Below are positions 53,739 through 63,996 of a DNA stretch of 64,000 nucleotides, piece after piece. The stretch comes from Sphingosinicella sp. GTDB lineage: Bacteria; Pseudomonadota; Alphaproteobacteria; Sphingomonadales; Sphingomonadaceae. The stretch lies in NCBI RefSeq assembly GCF_041916975.1, contig NZ_JAYRYK010000001.1:1006270-1070269 (forward strand), written 5' to 3'. The position numbers and the translations under genes were made by a program. Under the pieces are notes generated by a model. That model ran no database searches, had not been told where the DNA came from, and was given only the letters and a program-made list of their open reading frames with translations. Numbering within the stretch: position 1 is the stretch's first letter; each line of letters opens with the position of its first letter.

Positions 53739-54515
53739 CTACTCGGCGGCGTCCCCAGCTTCCTCTGGCGGCGCAAGCCGTGCGGCGCGGCGATCGGTAA
53801 GAACGATGCCGATAATGCCCGCCTCGTAAAGAACCATGAGCGGGATCGCGAGCAGGAGCTGGGAGATGACGTCTGGCGGCGTCAGTACCGCGGCGACCAC
53901 GAAAGCTCCGACGATCGCATAACGGCGGAACGCGCGAAGCTGCGCGACGTTCACGATCCCTGCACGCGCCAGCAGCATCAGCAGCACCGGCAGCAGGAAG
54001 CAGAAGCCGAACGCGAAGATCAGCCCCATCACGAACGACAGGTAATCGTCCATCGCGGGCAGCGCCTGCTGAGGAATGCCCGCCTCCGTCGTCTGGAAGC
54101 CCAGCAGGAAGGTGAAGACCGTGGGCATCACCACGTAATAGGCTAGCGCCGCACCCATGGTGAAAAGGATCGGCGTGGCGATCAGGAAGGGCAGAAACGC
54201 CCGCTTCTCGGACCTGTAGAGCCCCGGCGCGATGAACAACCAGATCTGGTTCGCGATGATCGGAAACGCAATCAGGAACGCCGCGAACAGCGCCACCTTG
54301 ATCTCCACGAAAAACGCTTCGTAGAGCTTCGTGTAGATGAGCTGCGAGGCCTTTGCCTTCACCAGCGGCTGCACGAGGAAGGCGAAAATGTCGTCCGCGA
54401 AGGTGAAGCAGACGCCGAACGCAAGCATAAGCGCGATGACGCAGTAAAGCAGGCGCTGGCGCAGTTCGATCAGGTGATCGAGCAGCGGGGCCTTGCTGTC
54501 GTCGATGTCTCTCAT
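53739..54515 (-). CDS. tatC: Twin-arginine translocase subunit TatC
   Basis: PLLDHLIELRQRLL..., six TM helices, LTPPDVISQ. Confidence 0.95.
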   Translation of the reverse strand: MRDIDDSKAPLLDHLIELRQRLLYCVIALMLAFGVCFTFADDIFAFLVQPLVKAKASQLIYTKLYEAFFVEIKVALFAAFLIAFPIIANQIWLFIAPGLYRSEKRAFLPFLIATPILFTMGAALAYYVVMPTVFTFLLGFQTTEAGIPQQALPAMDDYLSFVMGLIFAFGFCFLLPVLLMLLARAGIVNVAQLRAFRRYAIVGAFVVAAVLTPPDVISQLLLAIPLMVLYEAGIIGIVLTDRRAARLAPPEEAGDAAE

Positions 54516-54823
54516 GCCTGCGGCTTGCCGGTATCGGGCGCCGGTTCAGCGGGTGGCGCTTCATCGCTGGCCGGCGGTTCCGGCGTCGCAGGGTGCGCCT
54601 TCATGATCGCGGCGTTCTGCGCTTCCCACTGCTTCTGCATTTCTTCCATCTCCGCCTCGCGGATCATGGCGTCGACACCGGTGCGAAAGTGCCGCGCGGT
54701 CGCGCGCGCCTTGCCGATCCAGTTGCCGACGGTGCGCAGCAGGCGCGGCAAATCCTTCGGCCCCACGACGAGGAGCGCGACGATCGCGATCAGCAGGAGT
54801 TCGGGCGCGCCGACGTCGAACAT
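54512..54823 (-). CDS. tatB: Twin-arginine translocase subunit TatB
   Basis: MFDVGAPELLLIAIVALLVVGPKDLP plus an amphipathic helix. Stop overlaps the tatC start. Confidence 0.9.
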   Translation of the reverse strand: MFDVGAPELLLIAIVALLVVGPKDLPRLLRTVGNWIGKARATARHFRTGVDAMIREAEMEEMQKQWEAQNAAIMKAHPATPEPPASDEAPPAEPAPDTGKPQA

Positions 54824-54846
54824 TTATCCGTCCGGATGGAGGACCG

Positions 54847-55074
54847 TCAGCTACGCGGCGTTTCCTGGGGCGTTTCGGTGCGGATCGTCTGATCGGCCTG
54901 AGACTGACCGATCTGGCGGGGCTGGGCGGGCGTTTCGTCCTCGGCGAGCCCCTTCTTGAAGCTCTTGATGCCCTTGGCGAGGTCTCCCATCACGTCCGAG
55001 ATTCGACCCTTGCCGAACAGCAGGATGACGACGATGCCGACGATCAGCCAATGCCAGATGCTGAAACCACCCAT
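54847..55074 (-). CDS. tatA: Twin-arginine translocase subunit TatA
   Basis: [42 protein letters not shown]. Confidence 0.92.
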   Translation of the reverse strand: MGGFSIWHWLIVGIVVILLFGKGRISDVMGDLAKGIKSFKKGLAEDETPAQPRQIGQSQADQTIRTETPQETPRS

Positions 55075-55156
55075 GGTCCGTACTCCGTTTCCGCCGTCCG
55101 CGATATCGGCAGCGAGTCCGCCTCTGTCTAGTCCCACATTCGCAAAAATGCGAATC

Positions 55157-55795
55157 CTAGAGAGCCTCGTCGTCCATTTCTTCCTCGGCGTCGGTCTCGT
55201 CGACATCCGGGGTTTCGGGCGGCTTTTCGAACTGAAGCTGGTTCATCGCAGCGTCGATCGGTTCAAGGAGGCCCGCGGCCTTCAGCTCGGCGAGGCCCGG
55301 CAGATCGCGGCGCGTGGAGAGCCCGAAATGGACAAGGAAGCCCTGCGTCGTCGCATAGAGCAGCGGCCGCCCCGGCACCTCGCGGCGACCCGCCGGGCGC
55401 ACCCAGCCCGCCTCCATCAGCACGTCGATCGTGCCCTTCGAAATCGAAACGCCGCGGATTTCCTCGATCTGCGCGCGCGTCACGGGTTCATGGTAGGCGA
55501 TGATCGCCAGCGTTTCGAGCGCCGCGCGAGAGAGCTTGCGCGTCTGATCCTCGTCGCGCCGCAGGATATCGCCGAGGTCCGCCGCCGTCTGGAAATGCCA
55601 CTTGCCGCCGCGCTGCACGAGGTTGATGCCGCGCGGCGCATAGCTTTCCGCAAGCGCATCGAGCAGCGGCTGCACGGGCGTGCCTTCGGGCAGGAATTCG
55701 GCGATCTGCTCGCGCGTCAGCGGCTTGTCGGCAGCGAACAGCGTCGCCTCGATGATGCGCTGGAACCGGAGATCGTCGTCAATCGCGTCGCTCAT
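55157..55795 (-). CDS. scpB: Segregation and condensation protein B
   Basis: [14 protein letters not shown]..., [24 protein letters not shown], acidic tail. Confidence 0.9.
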   Translation of the reverse strand: MSDAIDDDLRFQRIIEATLFAADKPLTREQIAEFLPEGTPVQPLLDALAESYAPRGINLVQRGGKWHFQTAADLGDILRRDEDQTRKLSRAALETLAIIAYHEPVTRAQIEEIRGVSISKGTIDVLMEAGWVRPAGRREVPGRPLLYATTQGFLVHFGLSTRRDLPGLAELKAAGLLEPIDAAMNQLQFEKPPETPDVDETDAEEEMDDEAL

Positions 55796-56553
55796 TGGCG
55801 CTTTCTGAGAAAGAGGGGGGCGAAGCTGTCCGCCTGCGACAGCTCAGTCTTGCCGAGCCGCGTGAGTTCGAGCGCGGCAACGAAGCTGCTCGCCACGCTG
55901 GAGCGGCGGAAGTCGTCGTCGGTGATGCCGTCCGGCAGGAAGCTCGACAGCACGGTCCAGTCGAGCGCGGTGCCGAGCATCGATTCGAGGCGATCCAGCG
56001 CCTCTTCGAGCGAGAACACGGGGCGGCGGCGCACGGCATACTCGCGCGGCACCTGCCGGCCCTTTATTGCGCCGTAGGCCTTCAAGAGGTCGTAAAGTTC
56101 GCAGTCCCACGAGGCGTTCTTCACTACACGCACGCCCTCGGGCGCGCCGCGCATGAGAACGTCACGCCCGATCTGGTCGCGCGCCATCAGCCGCGCGCCC
56201 GCCTCGCGCATCGCATCGAGGCGTTGCAGGCGGAGTTGCAGGCGCAGCGCCAGTTCCTCGGCGCTCGGTTCTTCCTGTTCCTCCTTCGGCAGCAGGAGGC
56301 ACGACTTCAGGTAGGCGAGCCATGCCGCCATCACGAGATAGTCGGCGGCAAGCTCCAGCCGCAGCTTCTTCGCGTCGGCGATGAAGACGAGGTACTGTTC
56401 GACGAGTTCGAGGATCGAGATTCGTGCGAGGTCCACCTTCTGCGCGCGCGCGAGGTGCAGCAGCACGTCGAGCGGCCCTTCCCATCCCTCGATATCGAGG
56501 TTCAGGCGCTCACTTTCGTTGCCATTGAAGTCGATCGAAACGATCTCGGTCAT
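55792..56553 (-). CDS. scpA: Segregation and condensation protein A
   Basis: LDIEGWEGPLDVLLHLARAQKVDLARISILELVEQY. ATG 56553 overlaps the nagZ stop. The longer 468-aa track ORF is read-through. Confidence 0.9.
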   Translation of the reverse strand: MTEIVSIDFNGNESERLNLDIEGWEGPLDVLLHLARAQKVDLARISILELVEQYLVFIADAKKLRLELAADYLVMAAWLAYLKSCLLLPKEEQEEPSAEELALRLQLRLQRLDAMREAGARLMARDQIGRDVLMRGAPEGVRVVKNASWDCELYDLLKAYGAIKGRQVPREYAVRRRPVFSLEEALDRLESMLGTALDWTVLSSFLPDGITDDDFRRSSVASSFVAALELTRLGKTELSQADSFAPLFLRKRQ

Positions 56554-57557
56554 GCAGCGGAGACTAACAGCGCGTCCCGCCTCGCGACAAGCGCCGCGAC
56601 ATCGGTTTCGCCCTCGGCCTGCGCCCACGCCATCGCGCGTGCCAGCCGGTCGAGCGCCTGCGGCGCCATCGGCGGCGCGGTTTCGCAAAGTATGGCGTTC
56701 TCCGCGAAGTCGCCGCTGCAGTGGAGCGCGAGGTCGCAGCCCGCCGCGAGCACGCCCGCGAGCCGCTCCGGGAGCGTACCGCCAAGTGCGCTCATGCCGA
56801 GGTCGTCCGCCATCAGCAGCCCGTCGAAGCCGATCGTGCCGCGAATCGTCTGTTCGACGACGATCTTCGACTGCGAAGCACAGGCATCCGGATCGAGCGC
56901 CTGGTAGAGCACATGCGCGGTCATCGCCATCGGCGCGGATGCGAGCGCGCGGAACGGCGCGAAATCGGCTTCGAGTGCGGCGCGGTCGGCCGAGACCACA
57001 GGCAGTTCGAGGTGGCTGTCCGCCGCTGCGCGCCCGTGCCCCGGGATGTGTTTGACGACGCCGACGACACCGCCCGCGCGAAGCCCGCGCAGCGTCGCGT
57101 CGCCGAGCGAGGCGACTGCACCCGGTTCCAGCGCATAGGCGCGGTCGCCGATGATGTCGTGCGCGCCCGGCACCGGCACGTCGAGCACCGGCAGGCAATC
57201 GACGCTGATGCCGAGTTCGGCGAGCGTGAGGGCGATCGCCTTGGCATTCAGACGCGCGGCCTCGATGGCCGTGACCGGCGCTATGCCGAACACCTCGCCG
57301 AAACGCCGCGCGGGCGGAAACAGCGGCCAGTGTGGCGGCCCGAGCCGCGCGACGCGCCCGCCTTCCTGATCGATGAGGATCGGCAGATCATCGCGCCCCG
57401 AAAGCGCACGGAGGTCGGCCGTCAGCGCCCGCACCTGCTCAGGCGTGTCGATGTTGCGTGCAAACAGGATGTAGCCCGCCGGGTCCGCCGCCTTGAACAG
57501 CGCGCGTTCGTCGGCTGTGATCGTCAGGCCCGAAAGGCCGAGCAGCAGCGGCGTCAC
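56550..57557 (-). CDS. nagZ: Beta-N-acetylhexosaminidase (GH3)
   Basis: ILIDQEGGRVARL, VVKHIPGHG, GLLMADDLGM. GTG start. Confidence 0.92.
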   Translation of the reverse strand: MTPLLLGLSGLTITADERALFKAADPAGYILFARNIDTPEQVRALTADLRALSGRDDLPILIDQEGGRVARLGPPHWPLFPPARRFGEVFGIAPVTAIEAARLNAKAIALTLAELGISVDCLPVLDVPVPGAHDIIGDRAYALEPGAVASLGDATLRGLRAGGVVGVVKHIPGHGRAAADSHLELPVVSADRAALEADFAPFRALASAPMAMTAHVLYQALDPDACASQSKIVVEQTIRGTIGFDGLLMADDLGMSALGGTLPERLAGVLAAGCDLALHCSGDFAENAILCETAPPMAPQALDRLARAMAWAQAEGETDVAALVARRDALLVSAA

Positions 57558-57564
57558 GCGCGGC

Positions 57565-58485
57565 TCAGCGCACGATCACGCACTGTTCGCCCGCCGCCTG
57601 CACGGCCGCGCAGACACTGCCCGCCTGCGCTTCGGAGGCGATACCGCCCGCGCGCAGACGGTAAAGCGTCTTGCCGCCGCTTTCGACCGGCTGCACCGAC
57701 TTGCGAAGGCTGCCGAGCGCGCCGACGCGTCCCGACAGCTTCGACCAGACCTGATCGGCGCTCGCCGTGCTGTTGAACGCGCCGAGCTGCACGGTGACGC
57801 TGCCCGACGCCTTGGCAGGCTCGGGTTTCGCGGCCGTAACCTTCACCGGCGCAGGCTTGGCCGGCTCCGGCTTCGGCGCCTCCTTCTTCGGTGCGGGCTT
57901 CGGCGTCTCCACCTTCTGCACCGGCTTCGGCGCTTCCTTGACCGAGGCCTTGGCGATCGGCTTTTCCACCGGCTTCGGCAGGGCCTTCTCGGCCACCTTC
58001 GGCTGCACCTTCTCGGCAGGAAGCACCTTCTGCGCGGGCGGCGGTACCGTTACGCGCGCCGCCGTGCCGGGCTCAGGCACCGGCGCACTCTGCACGGGCG
58101 CTGCCGGAATGACAGGCACGGGCTCTTCGGGGATCACGTCGAGCGCGAGTTCCCCACCCGGGTCCTGCCCCTCGGCAACCGAGTGCGTCAGGCTGTCAGC
58201 ATCCACATCGAGCCCGCCGGGATCGTCGGGGCGGACCTTGTAGGCTCCCTCCGGCGCCTGAATGAGCGGCACTTCATCCACGGCGGCGATGTTGTCGGTC
58301 GTGCGTCCGCCGCCAATCCAGTCGGCAACAAACCAGAGCACGGCAACGAGCGCCACGATCGCGGCGCCCACGATGATCAGGCCGCGGTAAGGAAATCCGC
58401 CGCTTTCCTCTTCATCTTCGGGTTCTGCGGGTTCGAGCCACGGCAGCGCTTCGTCTTCCTCGTCGTCCCGGTAGCCGCGCGCCAT
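57565..58485 (-). CDS. SPOR-domain protein with a Pro/Lys/Ala-rich linker
   Basis: N-terminal TM, PKP/AKP low-complexity region, and a C-terminal SPOR domain VTVQLGAFNSTASADQVWSKL...LYRLRAGGI.SEAQAGSVCAAV. Confidence 0.8.
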   Translation of the reverse strand: MARGYRDDEEDEALPWLEPAEPEDEEESGGFPYRGLIIVGAAIVALVAVLWFVADWIGGGRTTDNIAAVDEVPLIQAPEGAYKVRPDDPGGLDVDADSLTHSVAEGQDPGGELALDVIPEEPVPVIPAAPVQSAPVPEPGTAARVTVPPPAQKVLPAEKVQPKVAEKALPKPVEKPIAKASVKEAPKPVQKVETPKPAPKKEAPKPEPAKPAPVKVTAAKPEPAKASGSVTVQLGAFNSTASADQVWSKLSGRVGALGSLRKSVQPVESGGKTLYRLRAGGIASEAQAGSVCAAVQAAGEQCVIVR

Positions 58486-58486
58486 C

Positions 58487-60244
58487 TCAGTGCATCTCCT
58501 CGACCGGCGTTACACCCATGACATGCAGGCCGTTCGCGATAACCTGCCCCAGCCCGCGCGCCAGCGCCAGCCTCGCGTTGGTGATGCCGGCATCGTCCGC
58601 GATCAGATAGCGCTTCGAAGGATCATCGTTGCCCCGGTTCCAGTTGGCGTGGAACGCAGCGGCGAGATCGCCGAGGTAGAAGGCGATGCGGTGCGGTTCG
58701 TGTGCGTTCGCCGCAGCCTCGACGATGCGCGGCCACTGCGCGGCAAACCGCACGAGATCGAGTTCGGTCTCATCGAGCCGGGCGAGATCAGCCGCAGACG
58801 GCACGCCGATGGTAAAGCCCGCCTCCGCCGCGCGCCGCGCCAGCGAATGGATGCGGGCGTGCGCGTACTGCACGTAGAAAACCGGATTGTCCTTCGATTG
58901 CTCGACAACCTTGGCGAAATCGAAGTCGAGCGGTGCATCGGCGCGGCGCGTCAGCATCATGAAGCGCACGACGTCCTTGCCCACTTCGCGCACCACGTCC
59001 GCCAGCGTGACGAACGAACCCGAGCGCTTCGACATCTTCACCGGCTCGCCAGCGCGGAACAGGCGCACCATCTGCACGAGCTTCACGTCGAACGGCTTGC
59101 CGTCGGTAAGCGCCGCGACCGCCGCCTGAATCCGCTTCACCGTACCCGCGTGATCGGCGCCCCAGATGTCGATGAGCTGGTCGGCGCGCTCGGCCTTGCG
59201 CTTGTGATACGCCATGTCTGCGCCGAAGTACGTCCACGAACCGTCCGACTTCTTCAGCGGCCGGTCCACATCGTCGCCGAATGCCGTCGAGCGGAACAGC
59301 GTCAGTTCCACGGGCTCCCAGTCATCGGGAAGCTCGCCCTTCGGCGGCTCCAGAACGCCTTCGTAGACATAGCCCTTGGCCCGCAGTTCAGCCTCTGCGC
59401 GGTCCGCTTCACCCGCCGCCTGCACCTCGGCTTCCGACGAGAACAGATCGTGGTGGATGCCGAGCAGTGCAAGGTCCGCCTTGATGAGCGCCAGCATGGC
59501 GTCGACGGCGCGGGTGCGGAACAGCGCCAGCCATTCCCCCTCAGGCTGGCCCACGTAAGCATCGCCGAATTCGGCCGCGAGCGCCGCGCCCGCCGGCTTC
59601 AGATAGTCGCCCGGATAGAGGCCTTCGGGGATCTCGCCGATATCCTCGCCCAGCGCCTCGCGGTAGCGCAGGTGCGCCGAGCGTGCGAGCACGTCCACCT
59701 GCCCGCCTGCATCGTTCACATAATATTCGCGCGTAACCTCGTGGCCCGCGAATTCGAGCAGCGCGGCGAGTGCGTCGCCGACCACCGCGCCCCGGCAGTG
59801 GCCCATGTGCATCGGCCCCGTGGGGTTCGCCGACACGTACTCGACGTTGACGTGAACGCCTTTGCCAAGCCCCGTGCGGCCATAGTCGCCGCCCGCAGCG
59901 AGGATGGCGTTCAACTCGCCGATCCAGACCGCGGGATCGAGGCGGATGTTGATGAAGCCCGGCCCTGCCACGTCCACCGATGCGACACCCGCCGCCTTGG
60001 CGAGCTCTCCAGCCAGCGGCTCGGCGATGGCGCGCGGGGCCTTGCCCGCGGGTTTCGCGAGCACCATCGCGGCGTTGGTGGCGAGGTCGCCGTGCGACGG
60101 ATCGCGCGGCGGCTCCAGCGCCACCGCCTTGCGGTCGAGCCCGGCCGGGATCGTCCCCGCCGCTTCCAGCGCATCGAGCGCGGCGTGGACCGCCGCCGTA
60201 TAGGTTTCAAAAACAGTGCTCACGACCAGGCCTGCTATCTGCAA
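58487..60244 (-). CDS. argS: Arginine--tRNA ligase
   Basis: [19 protein letters not shown] (HIGH motif), MSKRSG (KMSKS motif), C-terminal anticodon-binding domain ending ...VEEMH. The start is TTG 60244 or GTG 60223. Confidence 0.95.
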   Translation of the reverse strand: MQIAGLVVSTVFETYTAAVHAALDALEAAGTIPAGLDRKAVALEPPRDPSHGDLATNAAMVLAKPAGKAPRAIAEPLAGELAKAAGVASVDVAGPGFINIRLDPAVWIGELNAILAAGGDYGRTGLGKGVHVNVEYVSANPTGPMHMGHCRGAVVGDALAALLEFAGHEVTREYYVNDAGGQVDVLARSAHLRYREALGEDIGEIPEGLYPGDYLKPAGAALAAEFGDAYVGQPEGEWLALFRTRAVDAMLALIKADLALLGIHHDLFSSEAEVQAAGEADRAEAELRAKGYVYEGVLEPPKGELPDDWEPVELTLFRSTAFGDDVDRPLKKSDGSWTYFGADMAYHKRKAERADQLIDIWGADHAGTVKRIQAAVAALTDGKPFDVKLVQMVRLFRAGEPVKMSKRSGSFVTLADVVREVGKDVVRFMMLTRRADAPLDFDFAKVVEQSKDNPVFYVQYAHARIHSLARRAAEAGFTIGVPSAADLARLDETELDLVRFAAQWPRIVEAAANAHEPHRIAFYLGDLAAAFHANWNRGNDDPSKRYLIADDAGITNARLALARGLGQVIANGLHVMGVTPVEEMH

Positions 60245-60433
60245 AGATGAGATTTGCCCGGGGCCTTACACCGCTTTCACCGCGCGCGCCAAGCATCCGT
60301 CGCCGTTTCCGGGCCGGAGCGCGCCGCAGGCGCCCGGCGCATTTCGAAATTCATCCGTAACGGTTTCTTATCGCCCTCAGCGCATGGTGGGCTGACAAGA
60401 GCCCACTTCCAAGAGTATGCGTGCGCCGTCCCT

Positions 60434-62095
60434 ATGTACCGCGTAATTGCCTTTGCATTTCTATTGCTTATCGCCGCCGCAGCGGGCGGTGCAGCGCGCG
60501 CGGATGCTCGCTTTTGCCATGCGGTAACGGACCTTTCGGTTGCGAGCCCGGACGCGTTCGAGTGTTCAGCGGAGCCCGCGGACTACCGGCAGCGTAGCCT
60601 GTGGCTGAAGATCGATGCGCCCGCCGATTCGCGGATCGTCTATGTTCATCAAACGCGCTTCGAGCGGCTGACGGCGGTTTTCCTGTACGCAGACGGCCGA
60701 AGCGCTTCCCAAACCGTGCGCCGCGGCAACTACGGAACACACTGGCGGATCGGCGGGCAGATCGCGTTCGAGCCGCCGATGCTCGCCGCGCCGGTCAAGA
60801 CCGTGCTTCTACGTTTCGACGGGCTTGCGAGCCACGAACTGCTCAGAATCCGTCTGCCCGACCCTGATGAAGCCAACGCGCAGGCGGCCGTGTTGCCGGT
60901 GGTCGTCGGCAGTGCGATCACGCTGCTCGCGCTCGGCGCGCTTTACACGCTTTCGGTCGGGGTGGCGCTGCGCCGCATATATCTGCTGTGGCATGGGCTC
61001 TGGGCGGTCACGATGGTCGCGTGGGGCCTGCTCTGGTCGCAGCTCGCGCTGATCGTGGCGCCGAGCCTCGCGGGGTGGTCGTCGCAGATCTGCACCTTCC
61101 TCGCCTGCCTTGCCGTTACGCTCGCCACCGTCAGCGGCGTGATGGCCCTGGGCAAGGACATGGGGCCGCGCGCGCTCCGCATCGGTACGCTCGCGCTGGG
61201 TCTCTTCATCATGCCTTTCGGCATTCTCGTTTCGCTGGAAACGGGGCCGGCGCTTGGCTGGCAGGTCGGCGTTCTCGGCGCCCTTACACTTTCAGTGCTC
61301 GCGCTTGTGACGCTCAGTCTCGTCAACGCCTGTCGTGCCGGAAACGCCGACGCGAAGGCGCTTGCCTGGGCTTGGGCGCTGCCGATGGCAACGCTCGCGC
61401 TGGTTCAGGTCGTCAATGTGAACGACTGGCTCTATGGCGGCGGCTCGCAGGTGGTGATGCTCGTCGCCGCGGCATTGCAGACCGTGTGGCTATCGATCGC
61501 CGTCACGCTGCGGATCGCGCACCTCCGCGAAGAGCGCGACAGGGCGCGCGCGGCCGAAGCGCGGATGAGCGAGCTTGCGAGCCGCGATGCACTCACGGGC
61601 CTGCTCAACCGGCGCGGTTTTGTGGACCGCGCCGAGTTCATGATCGAAGGCCGCGCCGCGCCGGGCGAGCACTTCGGCCTGCTTCTGATCGACGTCGACC
61701 ATTTCAAGCGCGTCAACGACAGCTATGGACACGAAGCCGGCGACGCCGTGCTGTGCCGGATCGCGCGCCGCCTCGAACGCTGGGAAGGGCCGCTGTGTGT
61801 CGCAGGACGCATCGGCGGCGAGGAATTCGTGCTCGGCGTCACTGGACTTACGCCCATCGGCATCCGCCAGTTCGCCGAAAGCGTGCGGCGCGGCATCGCC
61901 GATCTGCAGCACCCCGAGCTTCGCACTGGCCATGCCGTCACGGTCAGCATCGGGGTCGCATCGGCGGACCATGCGCTCAGCTTCCAGCGCCTCTACGGCT
62001 GGGCCGATGAGGAGCTCTACCGGGCTAAGGCGAACGGTCGGAACCGCGTGATCTTCCGGGGAAGCGACCGCAACGCGCAGGCGGTCGCGCTCTGA
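60434..62095 (+). CDS. Membrane diguanylate cyclase (extracytoplasmic sensor domain, 7 TM, GGDEF)
   Basis: Signal peptide, periplasmic domain, seven TM helices, then DALTGLLNRRGF...LLLIDVDHFKRVNDSYGH..GD..L...A......GRIGGEEF. Confidence 0.9.
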   Translation: MYRVIAFAFLLLIAAAAGGAARADARFCHAVTDLSVASPDAFECSAEPADYRQRSLWLKIDAPADSRIVYVHQTRFERLTAVFLYADGRSASQTVRRGNYGTHWRIGGQIAFEPPMLAAPVKTVLLRFDGLASHELLRIRLPDPDEANAQAAVLPVVVGSAITLLALGALYTLSVGVALRRIYLLWHGLWAVTMVAWGLLWSQLALIVAPSLAGWSSQICTFLACLAVTLATVSGVMALGKDMGPRALRIGTLALGLFIMPFGILVSLETGPALGWQVGVLGALTLSVLALVTLSLVNACRAGNADAKALAWAWALPMATLALVQVVNVNDWLYGGGSQVVMLVAAALQTVWLSIAVTLRIAHLREERDRARAAEARMSELASRDALTGLLNRRGFVDRAEFMIEGRAAPGEHFGLLLIDVDHFKRVNDSYGHEAGDAVLCRIARRLERWEGPLCVAGRIGGEEFVLGVTGLTPIGIRQFAESVRRGIADLQHPELRTGHAVTVSIGVASADHALSFQRLYGWADEELYRAKANGRNRVIFRGSDRNAQAVAL

Positions 62096-63256
62096 TCAGA
62101 TGATCGCGCCCGGCGGGAAGGCGATTTGTCCGCCCAGCGCCTCGAAGCTCTTCAGCGCATAGCGATCGGTCATGCCCGCGATGAAATCGGCGATGTGGCG
62201 CGCGCGCGCCGGTTCAGCTTCGGGCAGGCGCGCCAACCAATCTGCGGGCAGCTTCGAAGGGTCGTCGTGAAGCGTGTCGAACAGTTCGCCCGTCACCGCG
62301 GCGGCAGGCTCGCGCATCGCGAGATTGCGCGCGTGGAAATACATGTTCGCGTAGAGGAAACGCTTGAGGTCACGCTCGGCCGCCTGCATCGCCTCGGAGA
62401 AGCTCACAACCGGCGCACCGGCACCGCGGATGGCATCCACATCGTTGGGCGCAAGCGCAGCGAGACGCCGGGCGGTTTCGTCGATCAGGTCGTCGGCCAT
62501 GCGCCCGATCTGGAACCGCACGAGTTCTGCGGCGAGCCTGTCGTCCGGCGCACCGGGATGCCGGGCGCGCACTGCGTCCAGACATTCGGCGACGAGCGGC
62601 ACTGCCGCCGCGACCTCGCCGAGTGTGAACAGCCCCGCGCGGAGGCCGTCGTCGAGATCGTGATTGTCGTAGGCGATATCGTCCGCGAGCGCTGCAAGCT
62701 GCGCCTCCGGTCCAGCGTGCGTCCCAAGATCGAGATCGTGGAGCGCGTTATAGTCGCCGAGCGCCCAGCCGGGCGATGCGACCGGGCCGTTGTGCTTTGC
62801 GAGCCCCTCCAGCGTTTCCCACGACAGGTTGAGCCCGTCGAAATCGGCGTAGCGGACCTCGAGCGTGGTCAACATGCGGATCGTGTGCCCGTTGTGGTCA
62901 AACCCGCCCCACGGCGCCATGCGCGCCGCAAGCACATCCTCGCCGACATGGCCGAACGGCGGATGCCCAAGGTCGTGCGCAAGGCAGAGCGCTTCGGTCA
63001 GGTCTTCATTAAGCTGCAGCGTACGCGCGATGGCGCGGCCGATCTGCGCGACTTCCAGGCTGTGTGTCAGCCGCGTGCGGAAGTGGTCCCCGTCCGGCGA
63101 GACGAACACCTGCGTCTTGTGCTTGAGACGGCGGAAGGCGGTTGAATGGATGATACGGTCGCGGTCGCGCTGAAACGCATCGCGGCGCGTACTCGGGCTT
63201 TCGAAATGAAGCCGCCCCCGCGAGACGGCGGGGTTCGAGGCGTACGGCGCCAGCAT
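62096..63256 (-). CDS. dgt: dGTPase-like deoxyguanosinetriphosphate triphosphohydrolase (HD domain)
   Basis: FQRDRDRIIHSTAFRRLKHKTQVF, RTRLTHSLEVAQIGR, LAHDLGHPPFGH. Confidence 0.92.
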   Translation of the reverse strand: MLAPYASNPAVSRGRLHFESPSTRRDAFQRDRDRIIHSTAFRRLKHKTQVFVSPDGDHFRTRLTHSLEVAQIGRAIARTLQLNEDLTEALCLAHDLGHPPFGHVGEDVLAARMAPWGGFDHNGHTIRMLTTLEVRYADFDGLNLSWETLEGLAKHNGPVASPGWALGDYNALHDLDLGTHAGPEAQLAALADDIAYDNHDLDDGLRAGLFTLGEVAAAVPLVAECLDAVRARHPGAPDDRLAAELVRFQIGRMADDLIDETARRLAALAPNDVDAIRGAGAPVVSFSEAMQAAERDLKRFLYANMYFHARNLAMREPAAAVTGELFDTLHDDPSKLPADWLARLPEAEPARARHIADFIAGMTDRYALKSFEALGGQIAFPPGAII

Positions 63257-63996
63257 CAGAGCGGCGCGATGGCGGAGCCGGCCGGTGCGCGGTTGATATA
63301 GGACTCCACACCCGCAGCCTTCAGCCGCCGCGACACTTTCTGCGCGTCTTCGCCCGATCGGAACGGGCCGATCAGCAGGCGGTGCGTGCCGGCGACACTT
63401 TGCACGTAGGCGTTGTAGTTGCCGATCGCGCTCGCCTTGCGCTTGAAGCGTGCAAGGTCGCCCGAAACGAGCGCGCGGTCCGGGCTGCTCGAAAGCTGCA
63501 GCCACACATGCGCGGCCTTCAACTCCGCCGCCGAGAGTTTCGGCAGCCCGGCAGGCAGCGGTTCCGGCTTCGGCGCCGGTTTGGCTACAGCAGGCTTGGC
63601 AGGCGCCGGCTTTTCGAGTGCAGGCTCAGGCGCGCGGGCGGGCGGATTTTCGATCTGCGGACTTTCGGTCTGCGGACTTTCGCTCACGGGTGCCTCGGCT
63701 ACAGGCTCCGGCGGCGGTGATGCTGGGACCTGAGCGACGACCGGTGCCTGCGCAGGCCGTCCCGCATCAGGCAGGATGCCAAGGTGCACGGCAGCCGCCT
63801 TCGCGGCCGGAGTCGGCAGGTTGGCAATGCGTTCGAGCACGTCACCCGCCGCGGCCGCCGCCTGCGGACTGAGGTTGGCGGTCGCGATGCGCCGCGCGAG
63901 ATCGCGCCGTCCGCCCAGCGCATGGACCAGCACCAGCGTCCGCTCGAAGCTCGGCTGGCCGGACGCCTTTTCGGCCTCGGGCTGCAAAAGCTGCAT
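63256..63996 (-). CDS. SPOR-domain protein; the N-terminus may extend beyond the window
   Basis: C-terminal SPOR domain HVWLQLSSSPDRALVSGDLARFKRK......YVQSVAGTHRLLIGPFRSGEDAQKVSRRLKAAG. The stop overlaps the dgt ATG by 1 nt. The track ORF starts 4 nt from the window edge. Confidence 0.7.
   Translation of the reverse strand: MQLLQPEAEKASGQPSFERTLVLVHALGGRRDLARRIATANLSPQAAAAAGDVLERIANLPTPAAKAAAVHLGILPDAGRPAQAPVVAQVPASPPPEPVAEAPVSESPQTESPQIENPPARAPEPALEKPAPAKPAVAKPAPKPEPLPAGLPKLSAAELKAAHVWLQLSSSPDRALVSGDLARFKRKASAIGNYNAYVQSVAGTHRLLIGPFRSGEDAQKVSRRLKAAGVESYINRAPAGSAIAPL

Noticed and set aside
56554-57198. Upstream extension of the scpA ORF (468-aa track ORF)
   Set aside because: The extension overlaps nagZ and is Arg/Gly/Ala-rich. 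The conserved ScpA N-terminus begins at ATG 56553.
57800-58100. Repetitive Pro/Lys/Ala-coding DNA in the SPOR protein gene, with a similar 15-bp tandem at 63653-63685
   Set aside because: These are low-complexity linkers of SPOR proteins. They are in frame and irregular, with no spacer/repeat architecture.
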